Assembly (NCBI GenBank): GCA_000934665.2
Contig: JYFJ02000727.1
Span: 1 to 64,000, forward strand
DNA from: Catajapyx aquilonaris
Lineage: Eukaryota
Direction: 5' to 3'
DNA length: 64,000 nt
The notes under the pieces were generated by a model. The model saw only the letters and a program-made list of their open reading frames with translations, was not told the origin of the DNA and made no database searches. Below, piece after piece: positions 1 through 8,612 of this stretch. Within the stretch, counting starts at the first letter, position 1, and every line of letters starts with the position of its first letter. The position numbers were made by a program, and so were the translations under genes.

Positions 1-113
1 CCCCGGCTCCCAGGTACTCCTTTGTACTCCTTAAATTTGGTACTCCGGTGTACAGTTTACAGTCGAGTGAGTAGCCTACCCCCTCGATGCGAGCGGAGCG
101 AGGGTTTTCCTAG
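1..113 (+). mobile_element. Helitron-like 3' terminus
   Basis: GC-rich hairpin CCCTCG(81-86)...CGAGGG(99-104), followed by CTAG(110-113)|T, the typical rolling-circle element end. Short GTACTCC repeats lie upstream. Confidence 0.55.
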
Positions 114-609
114 TCTCTATTAATATAAAGGTCAATATTTGTACATACTCGTATGTATATTTATTTATTTATCACGCCTAATTAAGCCACTTCCCGGGTA
201 CGGAGAGCGCTCTAATTTCTCACAGCCATGTCTTACATATCGGTGATGGTGCAGATTTCGCCACCTTGATTATAACTGAATGAAGTACCGGTACTATCCT
301 TAGGGTGTATGTTCCTGGGCATGAGTCCATTTTGACATTTTTGTGGGTTGACCCATTATTGCACAACACTGTCCAATTATCCCTCCGCTTTCGATCACTT
401 CTGTGTACGTTGACTGACACCAAGTTCAACATATGTACCAGACACTACATATGGGTTTGCTGCTATAAATAAATAAATAAATAACATAAATTTTGATAAT
501 CTATGTATGTAAGGGGAAAAAAAAGATTGTTTACCTAGTGAAACAGAATTTTGTTGGTGATTACCATAGAAACAGGCCATGCGAAGAGCGGGCTCCACTG
601 CTAGTTCAT

Positions 610-865
610 AATAATTTTGAAATTTTGAAATTTTAGGGGCGGGAGCCCCTAAGTAAGACCGTACAACAACTTTCAACAATGAATTTTTCCTACTTGTTGG
701 CAGCATGGCAGTTGGTTAATTTTTAGCAAATGGATAGAGCTGTGTGCCTATAATAATATTAATAATAAATATTAATTAACAATTTTTTAAAATTCAAATT
801 CAAATATTTATTCCAAAATTCAAAAGTGGCGGGATATTGGAGACGCCAGTTCACGAGAGCTTGGT
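610..865. promoter_or_regulatory. Putative (possibly bidirectional) promoter with E2F-like and CHR-like motifs
   Basis: GGCGGGA at about 638 and 828, several TTTGAA/TTCAAA copies at 616-628 and 793-824, and splice donors pointing away on both sides (plus strand 864, minus strand 534). Confidence 0.35.
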
Positions 866-1246
866 AAATGCGATTAATATTATTTCCTTCGTCTCAATCA
901 TAATGGTGGGTTAGTATGCTTTTTTTCTGCTCCTTTGATCCACCTTCATCTGGCTGGTTCCGGGTCCTTTTGCACCCTCGGAGGAGCACCAGGGGTGACC
1001 CTGGGGTCCAGCCAAAGACGAGAGGCTACAGACGTGTCAGTGTGTCACAGTGCTACAGTGATGTGTCACCAAATAGCTAACTGCAGTGTTGACACCATTA
1101 GCTCTTAATGGTCAGTTGCAGAGGGAAAAGATATGCATACGTGTGAAGTGTTCAGCGGATGTGAAATTAAAGCAAACATCTACAGTGTTAACCTTTCCTT
1201 ATTATTACTATACAAATAAGCACAATCCTCCACATTCGTGTCACAG

Positions 1247-2844
1247 GACATACATTGGGCGTCTTCAGTTGTAAATGTACCTGGGAAAGGAGTCATCCAC
1301 AAGTCCCTTTTGGCAGTGAATCTGGTAAAGAAGACCTTGGTGGGTTCATGGACAAGCTCTTATATGCACTGGTACTGTACTGTACAAACCACGCGCCTCC
1401 TATGCATTTTCTTGTGAAGATATTCCAGTTTTTCAAGTAGAATTAATGCAATATCATTATGGCAGCTTGGCAGGTCACTACTTCGGGAGTAATATCTGAA
1501 AATTGCATATTCAGAGATACATGGTTTTTACATCAGGCTACAGAGCTGCATTCAGCCAAAACCTGCTCATTTAAAAAATCTTGGTAGGTACACGTAAAGG
1601 ATTTTCAATTCACTTCTGTAGTGTATTTACCAGAACCTTCCCCCCCCCCCCCNCCCCCCCCCACATAACAGAGAATGTGTTACAGGTTTCACAGCATAGT
1701 GAATCAGAGAAGTGAACATGAAATAATCAGATACCTTCAACCAACAAGTCCTAAGTGCTAATTGCTGATACCTAGTAAATAAGGTAACACTATCGTTGTG
1801 ATACTGCAAGACTTACTTGCGAATATTGTGTTTCATAATTTAGTGAAGGAACGTAACTTCCCCAGGCACAAGTCTCCCTCTCTTCCTCACGGCTTCTTAC
1901 TCATGGTTCCAGCAAGACTTGTGAGTATACACGACATTTCTGACCATGTGGATGTGAGCTAAATGATGAAACACACTGTCCAGAACCATTGCTTACAAGC
2001 AGCTGGGAGCTGCCTTTTATCGTACATTCAGAACTCATTATAGCAAGGAAAAGTGGAAAGCTCCTGCTTATTACGCTACTGGCAAAATGCTTCACTAATG
2101 TCAGTGTGACATGCCGCCTGGATTAGTAAAATGAAAGGCTCTCTCCAGGTGATGTCAATTTTGGACTCCAGAGGAGGAAGCTGCCGGACACAAGTGATTG
2201 GTTGCAGGTGGGCAGAATTAGGTACCCCGAAACTGACAGCTCATTGCCCCTGCTTCCCCCTCGCAATCTGGATTAGACATGGAATGAAGCTTGCATTTTA
2301 CAAACCCATGCAATATGCAGTTGTAATACTTGCGCTTCTGACAAATCAGGTAAAGAGGATAGGCTGTAGTTAAGAAAGCTTACACGTGTCAGGCCTTACA
2401 CTCTTTACAGTATAAGCTGATTGGCATTTTGTGGTTTGGTGGGTAGAAACTAAGCAATTAGATCATTGCGATTACTTTTGCAATGTATTGTGTCCACACC
2501 AGGGAAATGCTTCAGGTCTCCTTCACCTAGTGTCACAGTGTACATTGCCAGTTAGGAGGAGAAAACTCAAGTGCTGCTATAGATGTGCGCAACCCACACT
2601 CGTGCAAGTCCATTGTTCCGACAACAACATTGCCACGGTTACTCCTCAGGGGCCAAATTCACACCGGTATGGCCTCGAAGGTTCATTCCAGAGCCTTGGA
2701 AACATTGCAAAAGTTGGCCATATTGTTACTCCCTTGAGCTTAGTGTTGGAAACAATTTGCACAAACTGTGTTGCGCACTTGGTTGTGCTTATTAAGAAAT
2801 TCATCTGTAGCAGCCAGGTCACAGCAGGGGTACTTCTGACATAA
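1247..2844 (+). CDS. Unidentified multi-exon gene candidate, Cys-rich, about 250 aa, start codon not located
   Basis: Exons 1247-1324, 1515-1583, 1866-1920, 1984-2081, 2149-2207, 2277-2349 and 2516-2844 splice into one stop-free frame. Several introns are 63-69 nt. The model needs a GC donor at 2082. Confidence 0.45.
1640..1662. repeat. poly-C run containing an ambiguous base (N at 1653)
   Basis: Seen directly. The true length may be uncertain in the assembly. Confidence 0.9.
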
Positions 2845-4111
2845 TTTGCTTTACAACACATGGGCAACATTTACTGCCAACTTCACCTCACTTACACCTA
2901 CTTTGTGACTGGAATTTAAAATCACCTCATTCCTATGCAACCAAGTACCCACATTCTCTCTTGCATAATGTTGAGATGCAATTTTCTGACTACACATAAT
3001 TATGTCCCAGGATGTCAGTTGACATACTGCAATATAAAACCACCAATATGATGGTGTATAGTTCTTTTTAAAAAAGTTGTTCTGATAATACATTGTTTTA
3101 CTGAAACAGGATTAACAAAGGCAATTTCATGACTAGACCAAAAACAATCCTAATGATCGTAATTCATGCACTGTTGCGATCAGGTGATCTTGACACTTAA
3201 AAATTGTCACAGTCTTTGTTCAGCTCATGAAGTAAAATATGTTAATATTCCTTGTTGCTCTTGCAATCTCAATTTCAATGACATACGACTGTACGAGACA
3301 TGGCAGCATGACACACTCTTACAAGTCAGGCAACTTCTTTAATGAGTTGCTCTAAAGCAAGAAGGGGCCTTACTGTTACAGTCATCATGTCCTGGCAACT
3401 GCAGGGGTGAGATAAAGTCTGGGTATCATTAGATTATATGCATAGTACATCTAATCTTCCTCTTCTCAATGATATGATTTTCGTAAAGTAACACTCAAAT
3501 ATCAAGTGTAGGGCCTAAATGAGTATGAAATAATTATAGTATGTGAAAGGCTCATGTGTGAGAAACTTTATAATATAAAATGGCCAATGCACCAATCCAT
3601 GCTGCTAGGAGATATTTCATCATTTAAATGGTGCTCTCATGCTGCAAGTTTGACACTATTTGGGACAGATCATAATGCACTTCCAACCTAGGAAGAAGTA
3701 ATAGGATGTTCGGTCATACTTCCGGCTTTCATGAAAAATGTTCCCCGACTCTGAGAAGCTAGAACGGAGGATAATATTATCTGTTGTGCACTGGACAGTG
3801 TCACGCCACTTTAACACATAACAGTCATTTTAAAATTGAACTTGCAGGAGCTTGTTAGTTGTTATAAATAATAATTAGAAACAGTTGAATGCTTTCTACA
3901 AGCACATAAAAATGTGTAATAATTTACCACCATTATAATTATTTAATACACTAGAAGATAATTACATGGGAAGAGTAATGCACTTGATGTTAACATCCCA
4001 GATATACTGGGTGAGTCAGAACTACAGGCTAATCTCCCACCAAGGTACTCGTTGGCCTCATTCACATCTAAAATGTAAAGGTGAGAAATGCTGAAATCTC
4101 AGCTGTTAATG

Positions 4112-4221
4112 ATGTACTATATCGCCCAAAAAGATAGAGACGATTTTGCATTTGACTCAAGTGCAACTTGCACTTGAATCAAATGCCAATCGTCTCTATC
4201 TTTTTGAGCGATATAGTACAT
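4112..4221. mobile_element. Foldback/MITE-like palindrome, about 110 bp
   Basis: Arms of about 54 bp differ at about 4 positions, with essentially no spacer. The core CTATATCGC...GCGATATAG (4117-4216) is flanked by TA on both sides, as for Tc1/mariner-type elements. Confidence 0.7.
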
Positions 4222-4580
4222 GACAATGAGTGTAATGCAGGAGCTGATCACTGCAGACACATTCAAGATAAGATGCAAGGTGGTTGGTTGCATTTGTTGA
4301 AAGGATAATCAAATGCTCGTCATTGTCTATGTCGTTAATGGCTGGGTGTTTAGTATATATCCTCCTACAATGTAGACTTGGTTTAGCCCAACAATTTCTG
4401 GCAGGAGACTGACCTGGAGTTCTAAAGCATCCTGTGCACAGACCACCTTACATGAGAGTAAGTACTTCCAGTATATTGTGAGGAAAACCTTTGCACTACA
4501 GATGTTTAGTCATCAAATCAGTTTGGCCACATTGAAAGTCTACGATGATGCATCAGACATACAGAAAGCATAGAAAGTAT

Positions 4581-4586
4581 TTTAAT
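4581..4586 (-). promoter_or_regulatory. Possible IPPK polyadenylation signal ATTAAA
   Basis: The plus-strand TTTAAT lies about 55 nt past the stop codon, but the context is AT-rich, so it may be chance. Confidence 0.3.
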
Positions 4587-4639
4587 AATATTATTGGTGG
4601 ACAAAAGTTGCCAGATTCAATTAAAACCTCCTACAAAAG

Positions 4640-4841
4640 TCAGTCATTTACCACATTCATTGCTTCATTTTTTTCAATGCATTCCCTGTAAGCCAGAAGC
4701 ATGTCCTGATCCCTCTTGCGGTGTTTCTCTATGCAATTGAGGGGCTTAGGATCCAAGTCCACCACCCCAATATTGAATGCATGCCAATTTTGGTGCAGGT
4801 CTTGGACCAAGTGCTGATCAGGAATCTTGCTGGCATCATGC
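4640..4841 (-). CDS. IPPK: IPPK coding exon 10 (last, with stop)
   Basis: gctttcag|G, then HDASKIPDQHLV...FNIGVVDLDPKPLNCIEKH...VVND and TGA at 4642-4640. Contains the catalytic DLDxKP motif. Confidence 0.95.
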
Positions 4842-4950
4842 CTGAAAGCAATATTTTGTTACTAACAAACTCGTCTTCACCAATTGGTTCTAAAACATTT
4901 TTGGGTCATTTTCAGATACTGGATTTGGCATGGAACTGTGCAGGTCTTAC

Positions 4951-5142
4951 CTGTTAGAAATGCATTGGAAGGCCACTAGAATGGAACAATCTTTGGCAGT
5001 GGCAGCTAGCAAGTAAAGATGAAGAGTCCGCCATTCTGGGCTGAAACTAGCTCCAAGCAGATCGTGCAAATTTCCAGACCCGCCAGAAATGCCAGGGATC
5101 TCGGTCAGCATCTCCGAGATACTTTCTTCCTTCTTCATATCC
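4951..5142 (-). CDS. IPPK: IPPK coding exon 9
   Basis: CTAAC branch-like site, then ctttcag|G...AAC AG|gtaaga, 192 nt, phase 2 to 2. Encodes ...LYLLAATAKDCSILVAF, with the TAKDCS motif. Confidence 0.92.
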
Positions 5143-5304
5143 CTGAAAGATTCCCTTGTTAGTCGCATTTTGATTCAACTCACTTGTGGTTTTCACATGC
5201 ACTAGTGCCTGGTCTTCAACCCATGTTCCATGGAACACCATACTTCTGCAGGCTTGTCCAAAAGCAAAAAGGTTCTCAACAAACCAAAAGCTTGTCTGTT
5301 TAAC

Positions 5305-5462
5305 CTGTAGAGGTGGTAGACAGGATCGGAGCTTCTCTGGCCCAGTTTCTGCAGGGTCAGGATGCGATCCAGGATGCAATCTGCAGGTAGTGGTTGGCTG
5401 CTTCCATCACATTCATCACGAGCAGGCTCAAGTGCTGGGCCTTCATTTGGCCAATGAAACAC
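5305..5462 (-). CDS. IPPK: IPPK coding exon 8
   Basis: ctaacag|GTG...TAC AG|gttaaa, 158 nt, phase 0 to 2. Encodes VFHWP...LPADCILDRILTLQKL...VYHLYR. The donor is weak. Confidence 0.85.
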
Positions 5463-5953
5463 CTGTTAGAGATTCTATATGTAAAAACCACAATTTCTCC
5501 GAGGCCCCTATTTTAATCGAGCAAACAGCAGCAAACTGTTGGCTTGAGAAAGAAAAGGTGCAGTAATGATTGTCCTGTTACTGTTCGGTCCACAATTGCT
5601 AACAATTAATATAGTGTGGTGGAACCATGATTACATCACTCTGGGTATGTGCAAATGGTACATTCTTCCTTGTTACCAAATGTTGCTAATTCTTACCAGT
5701 AATTAATAAGGAAAAGCAGCCGTTTAATTAATTTCCGCTTCATGCACTACCTAATCAAACAATCTGAGCCCATGCTGTTCCTGACACCCAATGAACACCC
5801 ATTTATTTTCATGACCTTGCGAAAACAAGTCACGATTTATAAGTTGCGCCCATATCACCACACGAAGAATCAGTTCATTACAATCGTGGTGGGGGTTAGA
5901 GCCCTCGGTGAGATTAGTTAATCAGCCCACGTAAGCAGGGCAGATGCAGTCAC

Positions 5954-6152
5954 CTTGCCAATGGCAGCAGTCGGCGGGTTGACAGCCAGCGCTCTGATGT
6001 CAGACGCCGTAATAATGTCTTCATCCCCTTCCTTGACCTCCTTGCTGCCAGCCACCCCATTGCTCCAAGCCCCGTTGACACCCAGCACTTCGCTCCGGCA
6101 CATCTTGCGGCCCAGGGCTGCGATCATCAAGTCGCAGAAAACCTCGATCAAT
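5954..6152 (-). CDS. IPPK: IPPK coding exon 7
   Basis: gtctttcag|A...AAG|gtgact, 199 nt, phase 2 to 0. Encodes LIEVFCDLMIAALGRK...TAAIGK. Phases match both neighbouring exons. Confidence 0.85.
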
Positions 6153-8575
6153 CTGAAAGACAAACAAGGCCCATGATTCACACGCACATTTGAGTCATCA
6201 AACTAAGCTAACCCGTACTAGTAAATGGCTCAAAAATTCTGTCTGGCCCAGGCCATGCAGGAGAAACGGCCCCAAACTCCCTTCCCCCGTGACCAAATTC
6301 TAATCGGGAAGGAACATTCATCAGAAGGAAAATGGCTCAGAAGACCAGACCCACATTAGTCAAAGTGATCCCCCCCCCCGTTTTCTTTTCACCAGACCAG
6401 CTTCCGACCTGAACCAAATGTGCACATAACCGTACCGCGACCTCCAACCAAGCAATGCCCGGAATGGGAAAACACATGGTCTTTCATCCTGCCTTGTAGA
6501 CAACCATTGCTGCCCTCATGCTTTGCGCTTTGCCTGCGCGACAGGTTACAACCGAAGGTCACCTGCTCAGCAGGTCTTCTTTTAGCATTGCCCGGGTGAT
6601 TTGAAGGAACTGTTTCATCGCTTTCCCCTCCTTTCATATCTGCACTTATAAGGCCGTCCTAGTCTTCGGTGGAATAAATCCCTATTAATTAGTAGCGACC
6701 TAATGCGTGACGTCAGCTCTTCACATTTGAAGGCTTTCATGCCATCACTCATCGTTTCTTTTTTTCCCCCCTTCTTCCTGAAGACCCCAATGCCAAAAAA
6801 AGTGCATGTAGTGACGTCACGTACTATTTTCCCCGAAACAAATGGGAATACCTGGTTGCAAGCCCCCAGAGAGGTAATTAAATCGGGCGTCCCGTGGTGC
6901 ACGTACCAGGTGACAACCTCCTGACGCAAGCACGCCCGAGTAGCTAGTGCCTGGAAGTGAAGTTGACAAATTGGAAACCTAAACAAAATGCAAAAAGAGC
7001 CTCTCCCTAGTCTCCCCTTCACCCGAAAGGCCAAGTAGGTGACCTCCTTTTACGCAGCGGACAACTGGCGACAATCTCTCCAATCATCCTCACACATTGG
7101 TCCGTGTCCGTCCCTTTTGAAAAAAAAGTTCGGTTGCATAACTTTTTTAAAAAAAAATGGTGCACTTTTCCTAGAAAATGCAACTATAGTGCAGGATGGT
7201 GACCTCCATTCGAGGTTCTTGACCCAGCCGCATTTTAATATCCCGTTCAGCCATTTTTCATCGGGTCCGATCCCCTGAGCTGCCAAGGGCTAAGGACTCG
7301 TGTGACACTGCACACTGCCTGTTATCGCAGGGGGCTCCTTTTCCACTGCGATGCTCCCAAAGACAATGCGGCTAGGAAAATACTGCGCCACTATTATTCC
7401 ACCTTATCTCCTCCGCTTTTGGGTGCAGCCGTCCCGTTTTAATTATTTCCCAGCTTGTTTTTCTTTCCCTGCCAAGAACGGTCTTATTTTTTCTGAACAG
7501 TGCAACGAGAGTGGAAAGGTTGATTGTCATCTGGAGTTTGTGATTGTTGCACACTTTTGACACTTTCACGTGCTCAGGGAGATGAGTCTGCTTGCTTGTG
7601 ATATTCTCTAGTGGGAAAGTCTCCTTTCTCCCGGCCGCATGGAACAAAACTCAAATTTTTAATAAGGGGGAGAAAAAATTGCGTGAAATCTCTAAGGAGC
7701 AAAATTCATGGAGTTGGATGAAAGGAAACTTAATTATTCGGCATAGCCACTACTTTCTGCAGGTTTGCGTGATGACTATGTGTAGACCCTGCTATTGTTC
7801 CTATGCAATCACGCAATAGGCGTAACTTTATATTAGCAATTAAAACCAGGGAATTATAAAGTATTGTTTGCCAACACAACTCACAAGTAGCTTCGAAAAC
7901 CTTCAAAGTGGCAAAATATATGGTATGGTAAGCACCTGCTGGACTATGAGATAATATCGACTGACAATTATTGGCATTTGTGTTTTTTTTTTAAACTACG
8001 AGGTCTATCATGCCATGGGTTGCAAACAAAAACAGATGCCGCATTTTATCTGGTGGACCATCAGTAATACACCAATGCCAATAATAACGTTTATTCCGCC
8101 CACTTTAATTTTGGACAATAATTTAACATTATCACAAACGCTAATTGCACACAAACCTCAATTTTGCAAAACATCAATAAAATTATTTTCCATCTCGAAT
8201 GTGGTTAGACCCAATGAGCCAAAATCCGGTAAAACTATGCAACGGCTAGTAACACTGCCAGTCATTTGTTGATTAAACCGGCCTCTAAAGACGTAAGAAC
8301 CGCACCAAGACAAAACGTGACAAGAAAATTTCAGAAGTCGAATGTGACTTAAATTCACCCTTAACTGAATCTCTAATAATAATATATTAAAAAGTGAGCA
8401 AAGTATAGTGGAAGGCCTGAGAGCAAAGTCACGCCTGGTTTCCCCCATAATGCGCTGCATTATGCAGGCGTGAAGCAAACGAGCCCGTGTGCTGCTTACT
8501 CGCTCTGCTTGAGCTCCGTTCACTTCCGTGATTGGCTCAAGGAGAGGGTCACCTAGGGGTCAGGGCACTTGAAGC

Positions 8576-8612
8576 GGGGAGAAGGAGAAGAAGGAGGAGG
8601 AGGAGGAGAAGA
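8576..8612. repeat. (GGA/GAA)n polypurine tract
   Basis: Mixed GGA/GAA trinucleotide run. Confidence 0.85.

Noticed and set aside
1866..2050. LPLFL...WFQ and FYRTFRTHYS faintly recall CENP-L
   Set aside because: Motif spacing is far shorter than I recall for CENP-L, and it cannot be supported without a search.
7471..7560. Plus-strand KNGLIFSE resembling the IPPK exon 6 motif
   Set aside because: Wrong strand. The true exon is at 20072-20166.
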